Origin: Eledone cirrhosa
Taxonomy: Eukaryota
Direction of reading: 5' to 3'
Length of the DNA stretch: 64,000 bases
NCBI GenBank assembly: GCA_964016885.1
Contig: CAXHJY010000886.1
Coordinates: 19,235-83,234, forward strand
Shown piece after piece: positions 37,946 through 54,703 of this stretch (positions within the stretch are counted from its first letter, which is position 1; the number at the start of each line of letters is the position of its first letter). A program made the translations under genes and the position numbers. The notes under the pieces were generated by a model, which saw only the letters and a program-made list of their open reading frames with translations, searched no databases and was not told the origin of the DNA.

Positions 37946-38624
37946 ATGGATTTACATGCAGGTGACTCTCTTATGGTTACTTTTTATGACAAAATATTTG
38001 TGACCTCACAGAAACATGGCATTAACATTAATACAAAATATCAAGTACAATCTTCTGTAAGAGTTCAGCTTAACCCTTTCATTAACATATTTCTAATGAA
38101 AGACACTGCCAATGATCTTCAAATAATTATGAAAATAGTCAAGAAATTGAAGGGGTTTAGTAATATAACTTTCTTATTAAGCTTGTACTTGAAACAAAGA
38201 TTATACATAAAGTTATAATGGAAGTTTTTTCTCTTAGATAAATATAAACACTTAAAATTAAAGTTTAAAATAAACAGTTTTCCAAAGAATCATAGCAGTT
38301 TCAGTTGATATTGAAAGGGTAAACAAAAGCTGAAAAGTTTGGAATTTATCAACTGATTTTAATCACTAGATTTGACGCAATTACGTTTGAATATGCATTC
38401 ACTAAATATTAACACCATTAATTAGTGCGTGAAGATTTACTTAGTATATCCTTCCCTACCTATGAGAAAATTAGCTCAAATCACTGAAGCAAGACTTGAT
38501 AATTAAAAGTATTTTATAAAATGTCTCCCCCCACCCACCCCTATCTCTCTCCTGAGTTCCAATTTGACTAGAGACAACTTTGTTTTTCATAGATTTAGGT
38601 TATGATAAACTGGTTGATACAATT

Positions 38625-39049
38625 AAAGGTATTTTGTGTGTAATTAAAAGGACTTATAACCTTATACAAGTTTCTGATGTTTGCTTTATTTAGTGCTCAT
38701 ACAAAAGTATTTTGTGTGTAATTAAAAGGACTTATAACCTTATACAAGTTTCTGATGTTTGCTTTATTTAGTGCTCATACAAAGGTATTATAGTGTGTAA
38801 TGGTGGATTGGCAGTATTGGTAGAGGGTCGGACGCCATGCTTTCCAGCATAGTTACGTCCCTTTACGATCTGAGTTCAAATCCCGCCGAGGTTGACTTTG
38901 CCTTTCATCCTTACGGGGTCGATAAAATAAAGTACCAGTAATGCACTGGGTAAATGCTGGCCTTGTGCCTAAAGTAGAAACAATTATAGTGTGTAATTAA
39001 AAGGACTTATAACCTTATATAAGTTTCTGTTGCTTACTTTATTTAGTGT
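38625..39049. repeat. 78-bp tandem repeat x3, third unit interrupted by a SINE
   Basis: Units start at 38625, 38703 and 38781. Confidence 0.9.
38802..38982 (+). mobile_element. Full-length tRNA-derived SINE with 15-bp TSD
   Basis: ATTATAGTGTGTAAT at 38787-38801 and 38983-38997; A box tggcagtattgg, B box gagttcaaatcc. Confidence 0.85.
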
Positions 39050-39288
39050 TCTGTGCTCCATTACAATCACTGGAAGGGTTAAGCCGGGGAAAGTTATGTC
39101 TTAGATAAAGTCCAGTGTAAGTGCATTGTTAGAAACTACAAAGTATTTGACCACAATATAACAGGTTGTTGATGCAATAAGTTGCAACTTGTTTAAAAAT
39201 ATAAACTACATTTGTAGAAGTGTTGACAAAAAAATATATTGATGCTGGATTTTAACTGATCCAATAATAAATGTTTATTATCAGATTA

Positions 39289-41072
39289 CACCGTGTAACA
39301 AAAAAAATTTTTTTCTCTGTTCCTGGCTTGTAATCACTGTTTTTGTGTTGCTTAGATCACTGTTTTTGTGTTGCTTAGATCACTGTTTTTGTGTTGCTTA
39401 GATCCCAAATAAATAAAAAAAAGTGCTATTAAACAGTTAAAAGTTTGGGTTTGTAAAAATTCTAAGCTATTCACTAGAATTATTTGTATGCTGGATTTTA
39501 CGTTGTATGTAAGTTTAATTTGCTTATGTTAAATGATTTTTTTATATATGTTTCAGGTTAAATTAAAATTATAAAATAAAGAGTAATACCTAAAGAAAAT
39601 TATAAAAGTGCAATAAAGTATAAAATTGTTAAAAAGTGGATTAAAGAGATTTATTGATACTGGATTTTCACACCCTGAATAAAGGGTAAGTTGTGTTTTA
39701 AGCATTCGTCTCCAGGATGAAGCAGTGGAACTTGGTCAAGGAGGAAGTGCAAGTGACAAGTCAGAGAAGTCGACACAAACCTTTCTCAGGCTTTTACACT
39801 CTTAGGGATGGCCTCTGCTTCTGCCATGACGTGCCTGGACTGTTTGATGTTATTGGGGTGCCGTTTGTGCCCAAGGAGTGGCGGCTATTTATAGACAGCT
39901 CCACCACAAGTTTGAAGGCTATCCTCCTCCACAATGGAAACAAGTTCCCGACACTGCCCCTAGCTCATTCAGTCTGCCTGAAGGAAGATTACTACAGTGT
40001 GAAAGTCCTCTTGGAAGCTCTGCAATACAACCAGTACAATTGGGAAATCATTGGAGACTTCAAGATGGTGGCTTTCCTGCTTGGACTCCAAGGAGGCTTT
40101 ATCAAATTCCAATGCTTCCTCTGCCTTTGGGACAGCAGAGCCACCTCTGACCACTACAAAAGAAAGAACTGGGAGCAGCGAACAGAATTTGTAGTTGGGA
40201 CCTGGAATGTCATGTGGGAGTCACTGGTTGATCCCAGGATTGTGCTCATGCCGCCACTGCACATTAAGTTGGGGTTGATGAAGCAGTTTGTGAAGACTCT
40301 CAACCAAGAATCAGCCACTTTTAAGTACCTTCTTGAGTTATCTGAGGCCAAAATCAAAGGTGGAATTTTTTTTGGACCTCAGATAAAGAAGGTGTTTGAG
40401 TCTACCAAGTTCTCCAATAAGCTCAATAGGATTGAGAGAACAGCATGGAACTGTTTCAAGGCAGTTGTTAAGGGCTTCCTGGGAAACTACAGAGCTGAAA
40501 ACTACCAGCAACTTGTGCAGGATCTGATAACTGGTGCAGGCTTTTGGTGCCATGGGATGCAGGATGTCACTTAAACTCCATATACTGGACGTTCACCTGG
40601 AAAAATTAAAGATCAATATGGGTGCCTACTCAGAAGAACAAGGCAAACGATTCAACCAAGATATGAAAGAGATAGAGAGGAGGTACCAGGGCCACTACAA
40701 TGAAAAACATGATAGGGGACTATATCTGGGGGTTAGTGCGAGAATCTGACCTGGACTACAACCGCAAATCCAGGAAATCCAGTCATTTCTGATGTGTATA
40801 AGTTGCTTTATAAGTGTTATTTGTTTTTACTTGTTTGCTTTTGATAAGCTTGTGTAATAAAATAAATATATACTCTTGATTTAATTATATGAACTGATAA
40901 ATTTTAAAAAAATGTGTTTTTTCTTAAAAAATATGAAAATTTCGAAATATCAAATTCCTGACCACAAACCCAAACTTCTGATTAAATAATAGTGTTTCTT
41001 TTATAATAATGGGATATAACAAACCAGGAAACGACACTTGGAACCGGGGAACAAAAAATATGTTACACAGTG
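39289..41072 (+). mobile_element. Chapaev3-like (CMC) DNA transposon, defective
   Basis: Termini CACCGTGTAACA...TGTTACACAGTG; 3-bp TTA TSD at 39286-88 and 41073-75; transposase motifs inside. Family assignment is from recalled motifs. Confidence 0.75.
39717..40790 (+). pseudogene. Chapaev3-like transposase pseudogene (N-terminally truncated, frameshifts near 40530 and 40705)
   Basis: WRLFIDSS..SLKAILLHNGN, IGDFK, CFLCLWDSR, PLHIKLGLMKQFVK, then MSLKLHIL and SEEQGKRF in another frame. Confidence 0.8.
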
Positions 41073-41284
41073 TTATCTGTTTAAAGGAGAATATTAAGTT
41101 GACAAAGCATATCTTTAGAAACTGCCAGTTAGACCATTCTTCAGTCAGAAAACTATCAATAACTAAAGACATTGTGTTAGTTAATAATTTCATTCCAAAT
41201 CACATTTTATTTCAACAAACAGATACATTATCTGTCAGAAAAGTATCCAACCTTAGGTTGGGGGAAATATGTATTTAGTGGCTC

Positions 41285-41490
41285 TCAATTGCTAATCCCC
41301 TTCAAAGTAGGCTCTTTGTGCCTCCACAAATTTAGTTCAGTGGTCTTTCCACTGTTCAAAGCAAATCTGGAATGGCTTCCAGCTGTGCCATCACAGTCAA
41401 TATGATGATGTCCTCTTGGCTCTCAAAGCCTTTCAGTGGCATCTTTACTTTTGGGAATAACCAGAAGTCAGAATGAGCCATGTCTGGAGA
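41285..41490 (-). mobile_element. Mariner transposase C-terminal fragment
   Basis: SPDMAHSDFWLFPKVKMPLKG matches the mariner YSPDLAPSDFxLF motif. Confidence 0.7.
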
Positions 41491-41850
41491 CATTAGATTG
41501 AGCAAGCTTCTATCAGTGCAGTGACTGATGTAGACACTGTCCTCCTCATCAAGGTCCTCTGTGGCCTTTATGAGCAGCATACTGAAGATGATGTGAGAGC
41601 ACAGCCCTGCTTGATGCCATTTCTAATCAGGAAGGACTTTGAGCTCATCATAGCATGTGGTCTGGTCATTCTGATCTCCATGTAGATGGATGACCATATT
41701 GGGGTATTTGGCAGGAGGAATCCTAAGCATTCCTTGATCTTCCCAGACCTTTTCTGCTCTCAATATCAAATGCTATGGAAACATCAATCAAAAGGCACCT
41801 GCTGTTATTGCAGTTTCCAACATAATGCTTGTCAGTATTACTTTCTATGT
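41486..41850 (-). mobile_element. Degenerate RTE/BovB-like RT fragment
   Basis: Remnants resembling the FxIxxGxKQG and LLxxATEDLDE RT segments. Confidence 0.45.
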
Positions 41851-42127
41851 TCTGAATTACTGTCTATTCTGGCATTAAAATTGCCAAACATGTTGATCTT
41901 GATTACAGGAGTACCCCATAAAAGGTCACATAAATCAGCATAATAATACGTGATGAGCTTAAAAGTGTAATATGTTTTTTTTTTCGGTTTCTTTTTTTTT
42001 TGGGGGGGGGGGCGAGTTGAGAGATGGATGAAGATGATGTGGTTGAAGTATTGAAGTGGTAAGTTTTCAGGCTTTGGGCAATGGAGTTTCTGATCATAAA
42101 TCCAATAAGAAAAAGTTTGTTTCCTAC

Positions 42128-42939
42128 TGAGTGCAATGTCAACTCTGGATGTCGGTGAGCATGTCCAGCTAACCTCAGTCTCCTCTGTGTCACTCTGGAG
42201 CTGACTTTTGGGATGCTCCCATACAGCTCTGAGTTTTTCATCCTCAGTGTATACTGATTAATGTTCAGAGCCATCCTCAGCATTCTCGTGTAGCACCCAT
42301 CCACAATCTGAGTGAGTCTCTTGGTCAGTGTCCAAGTCTCAGACCCATACAGCAGCACAGACTCCACTACAGCAATGAAGTGGCGGATTTTCAGGTCTCT
42401 ACGAAGGTCCGACTTCCACACCGATCTCAAGCTGTGGCACGCCGCCCAGGCCTTGCTTATCCTCTCAACCACATCATCCTCCGTATTCCCAATCTTTGCT
42501 CCCAAATACAGCAAGTCCTCAACCAATTCCAGTGGCTTCCAGCCTACATTAGTGATCCCCTCTGGCTTCTCAACATTCTCTACCAGATATTTTGTTTTAG
42601 TCTCATTCATTCTCAGCCCCACACTCATCGACACAGTCTCAACCTCCCGCATCAAATCCTCTGCCTACTTCACTGTATTTGTCACCAAAACTATGTCGTC
42701 GGCAAATTCAGCATCCGATACCTTTTTCGCGCTAACTCTCCTGCTCTGAGCCGGTGCTACAGTAAAGCCAGAGTCCTGGTGTTTCTCCAGTACAAGGCGC
42801 ATACAATAGTGCACTACGATGATAAAAAGGTAGGGAGCCAATGTATCTCCCTGGAGCACACCAGCCAGTATCTCAAAGAACTCTGTCATACCATCAGGTG
42901 TAATGACTTGGGCTTTGGTGTTGGTGTAGAGCAGTGATA
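42128..42939 (-). mobile_element. RTE-type LINE reverse transcriptase fragment
   Basis: [40 protein letters not shown]; in-frame stop near 42665; 5' end abuts the microsatellite. Confidence 0.85.
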
Positions 42940-42940
42940 T

Positions 42941-43551
42941 CACATATATATATATACACATATATATACACACACATATATATATACACACATATATATA
43001 TATACACACATATATATATATACACACACATATATATATACACACACATATATATATACACACACATATATATATACACACACACATATATATATACACA
43101 CACACATATATATATACACACACACATATATATATACACACACATATATATATACACACACATATATATATACACACACATATATATATACACACACATA
43201 TATATACACACACATATATATATACACACACACATATATATATACACACACATATATATATATACACACATATATATATATACACACATATATATATATA
43301 CACACGTATATATAAATACATACATATATATATATACACACACATATATATATATACACACATATATATATATACACACATATATATATATACATACATA
43401 TATATATATATACACACACATATATATATACATATATATATACACATATACATATATACATACATATATATATATATACACACACATATATATATACATA
43501 TATATATACACATATACATATATATACACACATATATACATATATATACAC

Positions 43552-43587
<36 letters not shown>

Positions 43588-44445
43588 ACATATATATACA
43601 CACATATACATATATATACACACATATATATATATATACACACATATATATATATATATACACATATATATATATATATACACATATATATATATATATA
43701 CACATATATATATATACACACATATACATATATATACACACATATATATATACACATATATATATATACACATATATATATATATACACATATATATATA
43801 TATACACATATACATATATATACACATATATAAACATATACATATATATACACCTATACATATATATACACCTATACATATATATACACATATATATATA
43901 TACACATATACATATATATACACATATATATATATACACATATATATATATACACATATATATATATACACATATATATATATACACATATATATATATA
44001 CACATATATATATATACACATATATATATATACACATATATATATATACACATATATATATATACACATATATATATATACACATATATATATATACACA
44101 TATATATATATACACATATATATATATACACATATATATATATACACATATATATATATACACATATATATATATACACATATATATATATACACATATA
44201 TATATATACACATATATATATACACATATATATATATACACATATATATATATACACATATATATATACACACATATATATATACACATATATATATATA
44301 CACATATATATATATACACATATATATATATACACATATATATATATACACATATATATATACACACATATATATATACACACATATATATATACACATA
44401 TATATATATACACATATATATATATACACATATATATATATACAC

Positions 44446-44478
<33 letters not shown>

Positions 44479-44505
44479 TATATATACACATATATATATA
44501 TACAC

Positions 44506-44536
<31 letters not shown>

Positions 44537-44887
44537 CACATATATATATATATATACACATATATATATATACACATATATATATATACACATATATATA
44601 TATACACATATATATATATACACATATACATATATACACATATATATACACATATACATATATACACATATACACATATACACATATACATATATACACA
44701 TATACATATATACACATATACATATATATACACATATACATATATATACACATATACACATATATACACATATACACATATATACACATATATACATATA
44801 TACACATATATATATACACACACATATACATATATACACATATATATATATACACATATACATATATACACATATATATATATACAC

Positions 44888-44918
<31 letters not shown>

Positions 44919-45255
44919 CACACATATATATATATACACACATATATATATACACACATATATATATACACACATATATATATACACATATATATATACA
45001 CATATATATATACACATATATATCCACATATATATATACACATATATATACACACATATATATACACATATATATACACACATATGTATACACATATATA
45101 TATATACACACATATATACACATATATATATACACACATATATATACACACATATATATATACACACATATATATATACATACATATAAATACATATACA
45201 CATATATATACATACATATACACATATATATACATATACACATATATATATATAC

Positions 45256-45302
<47 letters not shown>

Positions 45303-46668
45303 CATATATACATATACACATATATATATATACATATACACATATATATATATATACATATATATATATACATATACACATATATATATATACATATACA
45401 CATATACATATACACATATATATATATACATATATATATATACATATACACATATATATATATACATATATATATATACATATACATATATACATATACA
45501 CATATATATATATACATATATATATATACATATATATATATACATATACATATATATATATACATATATATATATACATATACATATATACATATATATA
45601 TATACATATACACATATATATATATACATATACACACGCATATATACATATATATATATACACATATATATATATATACACATATATATATATACATATA
45701 CACATATATATATACACACATATATATATATATACACATATATATATACATATACACATATATATATACATATACACATATATATACATATACACATATA
45801 TATATATATATACACATATACATATATACACATATACATATATACACATATACATATATACACATATACATATATATACACATATACATATATATACACA
45901 TATACATATATATACACATATACATATATATACACATATACATATATATACACATATACATATATATACACATATACATATATATACACATATACATATA
46001 TACACATACACATATATACATATATACACATATATACATATATACACATATATACATATATACACATATATATATACACACACATATACATATATACATA
46101 TATACATATATACACATACATATACATATATACATATATACATATATACACATATATACATACACACACATATACATATATACACATATATATATATACA
46201 CATATACATATATACATATATACATATATACACATATATACATACACACACATATACATATATACACATATATATATATACACATATATATATATATACA
46301 CACATATATATATACACACATATATATATACACACATATATATATATACACATATATATATATATACACACATATATATATACACACATATATATACACA
46401 TATATATATACACACATATATATACACACATATATATACACACATATATACACATATATATATATACACATATATATATATACACATATATATATACACA
46501 CATATATACACATATATATATACACACATATATATACACACATATATACACATATATATATACACACATATATATATACACACATATACACATATATATA
46601 TCACACATATACACATATATATACATACATATACACATATATATACATACATATACACATATATATAC

Positions 46669-46703
<35 letters not shown>

Positions 46704-46704
46704 C

Positions 46705-46755
<51 letters not shown>

Positions 46756-46838
46756 CATATATATACATATACACATATACATATATATGTATATATATAT
46801 ACATATACACATATATATATATACATATATATATATAC

Positions 46839-46869
<31 letters not shown>

Positions 46870-48273
46870 CATATATATATATACATATATATATATACAT
46901 ATATATATATACATATATATATATACATATATATATATACATATATATATATACATATATATATATACATATATATATATACATATATATATATACATAT
47001 ATATATATACATATACACATATACATATATATATACATATATATATATATACATATACACATATATATACACACATATATATACATATACACACATATAT
47101 ACATATACACACATATATACATATACACACATATATATATATACATATACACACATATACATATACACATATATATACATATACATATATATATATATAC
47201 ATATACACATATATATATATACATATACACATATATATATATACATATACACATATATATATATACATATACACATATATATATACACACATATATATAC
47301 ATATACACACATATATATACATATACACACATATATATATACATATACACACATATATATATACATATACACACACATATATATATACATATACACACAT
47401 ATATATACATATACACACATATATATATACATATACACACATATATACATACATATACACACATATATACATATACACACATATATATATACATATACAC
47501 ACATATATATATACATATACACACACACATATATATATACATATACACACACACATATATATATACATATACACACACACATATCTATATACATATACAC
47601 ACATATATATATACATATACACACATATATATATACATACACACATATATATACATATACACACACATATATATATACATATACACACACATATATATAT
47701 ATACATATACACACACATATATATATACATATACACATATATATATACATATACACATATATATATACATATACACACACATATATATATACATATACAC
47801 ACACATATATATATACATATACACACACATATATATATACATATACACACACATATATATATACATATACACACATATATATATACATATACACACACAT
47901 ATATATATATATACATATACACACACATATATATATATATACATATACACACACACATATATATATATATACATATACACACACATATATATATATATAC
48001 ATATACACACACACATATATATATATATACACACATATATATATATATACATATACACACACATATATATATACATATACACACATACATATACACATAC
48101 ACATATATACACATACATATACACACATATATATATATATATATATACATATACACACATACATATACACATTATATATATATATATATACATATACACA
48201 TACACATTATATATATATATATATATACATATACACATACATATACACATTATATATATATATATATACATAT

Positions 48274-48316
<43 letters not shown>

Positions 48317-48495
48317 CACACATACATATACACACATATATATATATATACATATACACACATACATATACACACATATATATATATATACATATACACA
48401 CATACATATACACACAGATATATATATACATATACACACATACATATACACACATATATATATATATATATATATACATATACACACATACATAT

Positions 48496-48538
<43 letters not shown>

Positions 48539-48781
48539 CACACATACATATACACACATATATATATATATATATATACATATACACACATACATATACA
48601 CACATATATATATATATATATATACATATACACACATACATATACACACATATATATATATATATATATATACATATACACACATACATATACACACATA
48701 TATATATATATATACATATACACACATACATATACACACACACACATATATATATATATATACATATACACACATACATAT

Positions 48782-48818
<37 letters not shown>

Positions 48819-48863
48819 CACACATACATATACACACACATATACATATACACACATACATAT

Positions 48864-48920
<57 letters not shown>

Positions 48921-48931
48921 TATATATATAT
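42941..48931. repeat. ~6-kb compound (TA)n/(CA)n microsatellite
   Basis: Almost entirely alternating pyrimidine-A dinucleotides. Confidence 0.98.
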
Positions 48932-48932
48932 G

Positions 48933-51415
48933 TAGGCGAAAATGTCCTGGACCTCTGTTTTACAAACAACGACGTGCTCATCCACAATGTAAAGGTGACA
49001 CCAACAATTCTCTCGGATCATAACTTGGTAGAGCTAATGATATGTGGTCCAAGAGAACCAACAGAGACAAAAACCACCAAGAAGCTCCGGGACGCTATCC
49101 AACCTTAACTTCTACGGGGCTGACGAAGAAGATTAAGAGTGAAATCCGGAAGCAAACATGGAGTGCAAACATCGCCACACAAGACACTAACACACAATTT
49201 CAACACTTCATGACAACGATACACACCATATGTAAAAAGTGTGTCCCGGAGAAAGAGGCAAACAGACACAAAAATCTTATTCCCAGAGATAGGAAAATCC
49301 TTATGAGACGTAGAACTAAACTCTCAAACCAGTTGAATAGTCAACAAAACCAAAACAAGAAGAAATCCTATTTGAAACGTGCACTACTTGACACCGAGAT
49401 TGCACTCAAGCTTTCACATGAGAATGAGAGGGCAAGGAAAGAGAACAGGGCCATAGAAAACATTAAAACAAACCCTAAGGCCTTCTTTAAATTTGCAAAA
49501 GAAACTGCCTCAGTACACTGCAAGATTGGACCACTCTTCCACACGGACGGTTCATTAACCGAAAATCCCCAAGAGATATGTGAAATACTGAACGAACAGT
49601 ACAAAAGTGTCTTCACATGGCCACTGAGGCACATGCAAATAACGAAGCCAGAGGAGTTCTTTGATGCCACAACACTACATCAAGAAATGGCAACCATCAA
49701 CCACATAGACATAACGGAGGAGGATGTGGTGTACGCCATTGATGAAATTAGAACAGACTCGGCTGCTGGACCTGATGGATTCCCAGCAGTTCTCCTAAAA
49801 ATATGTAAGCGGGCCTTAGCAACTCCACTGAAGATGCTCTTCAGAAGCTCCTTGGCTAGCGGTGTACTACCCAGGGAGCTGAAAGAAGGCACAATATGCC
49901 CTATCCATAAAGGAGGTAGTAGAGCGGAGGCCAAGAAATATAGGCCAGTCTCCCTGACGTCGCATATCAGTAAGGTCATGGAGCGAGTCGTCAGAAAGAA
50001 ACTAATCACTTTCCTCAAAGAAAATGACCGCCTGACTAGCACGCAACATGGCTTCCGCCCAGGAAGAAGCTGCCTTACACAGCTGCTACATCACTACGAC
50101 TGGGTACTGAGACAACTACTAGACAGCTCACATGTAGACGTGATATATCTTGACTTTGCGAAGGCCTTTGACAAGGTCGACCACGGAATGATATGTCACA
50201 AACTACACGGACTCGGCATAACTGGAAAAGTAGGTGAGTGGCTGCATGGCTTCCTAAGGGACAGAAGCCAGGCAGTCGCAGCAAATGGGGCCCTCTCGAG
50301 GGAAACACCGATAACAAGTGGGGTGCCTCAGGGGACAGTCCTGGGACCACTACTGTTTTTGGTGGCTCTCTCGGACATGCCCTCTGTGGTGCATGCAACA
50401 ACATCCCTCACTAGCTATGCTGATGACACTAAGGTAGCACAGGCAATCAAAAACCCGGCTGACGCTGACCTCTTACAGCAGGATCTGGATGCCATATACA
50501 GATGGGCGGAAGAAAACAACATGCAGTTTAATGCTGGCAAATTCCAAGCCCTACAATACAAACCTGCAAACACAAACACAAATATAGCGGAACACAGCTA
50601 CACAGGACCAGGAGGGACCGATATCCCCGTGTCAAAATCGATACGAGACCTGGGCATAGACATGAGCGATGATGCATCTTTTTCTTCACACATCATGAAG
50701 GTGGCGACAGCATGTAGACGATTCGCTGGCTGGATCTTGAGGACTTTCCTTACAAGAGATCGAGACACCATGTTGACACTGTGGAGGACTTTTGTCCTAA
50801 GCCGCTTGGACTACTGCTCCCAGCTGTGGTCACCCCATAGTGTCAAACTAACCACGGAGCTTGAGGCAAACCAGCGAAGCTACACCAAGAGGATTGCCAA
50901 GATGAGGGAGACAAGCTACTGGGAGAGGCTGAAGGAACTGAACCTCTACTCCTTGGAGCGAAGACGGGAGAGATACGCAGTGATCTACATGTGGAAAATC
51001 CTGGAGGGACTAGCACCAAACTTTGGCATTGGGAGCTGGACCAACCGTCGAACAGGACGTCACTGTGTGGTGCCAAAGTTCCCGTCTTCCACATCTAGAA
51101 TAAGGAGCAGGTATTGCAATAGCCTGGGATTCAAGGGCCCTCAACTCTTCAAAAGGCTGCCGAGGCATCTGCGAGACTTGCCTTGCATGACGTGGAGGTG
51201 GATGTCTTTAAGAAACATCTCGACACCTTGTTATCCAGGATCCCGGATGAGCCCACAGCAAGACACGAGGGAAACCTAAGGGCAGCAGCAACAAACTCCC
51301 TCCTACACCAGTGGCCAGCCTATACAGGCTGGAGATAAAATGTTTTGCAACAAGGGCGGTGCCCCAGCATGGCCTCAGCCGGATGGCTGAAACAGGTAAA
51401 AGAGTAAAAGAGAGT
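48933..51415 (+). mobile_element. 5'-truncated CR1/L2-group LINE (end of endonuclease, reverse transcriptase, 3' UTR)
   Basis: ORF 49042-51279 has GPDG, YRPVSLTS, QHGFR, YLDFAKAFDKVDH, GVPQGTVLGP and YADD; frameshifts near 49100 and 51180; 3' end gtgccccagcatggcc...ctgaaac plus (GTAAAAGA)n. Confidence 0.9.
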
Positions 51416-51427
51416 ATATATATATAT

Positions 51428-51776
51428 CATCATCATCATCATCTCATTTTACGTCCACTTTTCCCTGCTTGCAAGGGTGGGGACGGGAAACTGATTCTGG
51501 CTTGATTTCTACAGCTGGATGCCCTTCCTAACACCCAACCTCATTTACAGTGAGTGCTGGGTGCTTTTTTTGCCGTGGCAACCTCCACGACCACTTTACA
51601 GTGGAAATGATAGGGACCCCAGTCCCTATCATCTCATTTCTACAGCTGAGTAAACTGGAGCAATGTGAAATAAAGTGCCTTGCTCAAGGAAACAACACAT
51701 CACCCGGTCTGAGAATTGAACTCACAAACCTTTTGATTGCAAGGCCAATGCTCTAACCACTAAGCCCATGTGCCTC
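51428..51776 (-). mobile_element. tRNA-derived composite SINE with RTE-like 3' end and (GAT)n tail
   Basis: Near-identical to 21096-21415. Confidence 0.8.
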
Positions 51777-52001
51777 CATATATTATATATATATATATGT
51801 ATATACATTATAATATTGAATATATATGTATATATATATAAATATATATGTATATATATACATATATATATGAATATATATATGAATATATATGTATATA
51901 TATACATGTATATATATGTATATATATACATATATATATGAATATATATGTATATATATACATATATATATGAATATATAATGTATATATATACATATAT
52001 C

Positions 52002-52035
<34 letters not shown>

Positions 52036-52043
52036 CATATTAC

Positions 52044-52076
<33 letters not shown>

Positions 52077-52315
52077 CATATATACATATATATATACATA
52101 TATATATATGTATATATACATATATATATATACATATACATATATATATATGTATATATATACATATATATATATACATATATACACATATATATATACA
52201 TATATACATATATTTTCTAGTCGATCGACTTTCGTCAAATCGGACCGAGGAAACTATGTTTCCGTTGGTCTTTCCAATTGCTAATACTATCTATCGGTCC
52301 GCAACTCCAGGTAGA

Positions 52316-52434
52316 AGGAGCAACGTGAAATAAAGTGTCTTACTCAAGGACGTAACGCATCGCCTGGTTCAGGAATCGAACTCACAACCTCACGATTGTG
52401 AATCCAATACTCTAACCACTCAGCCACCACGCCT
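52316..52434 (-). mobile_element. tRNA-derived SINE 5' part
   Basis: ggcgtggtggctgagtggttagag...gttcgattcc head followed by the family body ccttgagtaagacactttatttcac. Confidence 0.75.
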
Positions 52435-52499
52435 TCACTATATATATATATACATATATATATACATACATACATACATACATATATACATATACACAC

Positions 52500-52530
<31 letters not shown>

Positions 52531-52668
52531 CATATATACATATATATATACATATATACATATATATAATATACACATATATATATATACATATATATAT
52601 ATACATATATATATATACATATATATATATACATATATACATATATATATATACATATATATATATAC

Positions 52669-52715
<47 letters not shown>

Positions 52716-52745
52716 CATATATACATATAATATATATATACATAC

Positions 52746-52800
<55 letters not shown>

Positions 52801-52851
52801 ATACATTATATATAAATATACATATACATATATATATATGTATATATACAC

Positions 52852-52897
<46 letters not shown>

Positions 52898-52913
52898 ATA
52901 TGTATATATACAC

Positions 52914-52959
<46 letters not shown>

Positions 52960-52999
52960 ATATGTATATATACACATATATATATATACATATATACAC

Positions 53000-53126
<127 letters not shown>

Positions 53127-53134
53127 TTTATATA

Positions 53135-53348
<214 letters not shown>

Positions 53349-53465
53349 ATATATATACGTAATATATATATACATATATATATATATACATATATATATA
53401 TACATATATACATATATACATATATATATATACATATATATATATATACATATATACATATATAC

Positions 53466-53496
<31 letters not shown>

Positions 53497-53498
53497 CA

Positions 53499-53546
<48 letters not shown>

Positions 53547-53576
53547 CATATATACATATACATATATATATATACA

Positions 53577-53624
<48 letters not shown>

Positions 53625-53690
53625 CATATATACATATATATACATATATACATATACATATATACATATATACATATACATATATATACA

Positions 53691-53723
<33 letters not shown>

Positions 53724-53733
53724 TATATACATA

Positions 53734-53789
<56 letters not shown>

Positions 53790-53848
53790 CATATATATAC
53801 ATATATATACATATATATACATATATATACATATATATATACATATAC

Positions 53849-53939
<91 letters not shown>

Positions 53940-54511
53940 CATATATATATACATATATATACATATATATACATATATATATACATATATATATACATAT
54001 ATATATACATATATATACATATATACATACATATATAATATACATATATATACATATATATATACATATATATATACATATATATACATATATATATACA
54101 TAATATATATACATAAATATACATATATATATAATATTATATACATATATATATATACATATATATACATATATATATATATATACATATATATACATAT
54201 ATATATAATATATACATATATATACATATATATATATATACATATATATACATATATATATATATACATACATATATATATATATATATACATATATACA
54301 TATATATATATATACATATATATACATATATATATATATATAATATACATATATATAGATATATATACATATATATAGATATATATCATATAACATATAT
54401 ATATATATACATATATATAGATATATATACATATATATAGATATATATACATATATACATTATATATATACATATATACATATATATACATATACATATA
54501 TACATATATAT

Positions 54512-54570
<59 letters not shown>

Positions 54571-54634
54571 TACATACATATATATATATATATATAACAT
54601 ATATATTACATATATAAATATATATATTATATAT

Positions 54635-54703
<69 letters not shown>

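Noticed and set aside
52365-52434. tRNA gene
   Set aside because: Has A/B boxes but no proper acceptor stem and runs into a repeated SINE body
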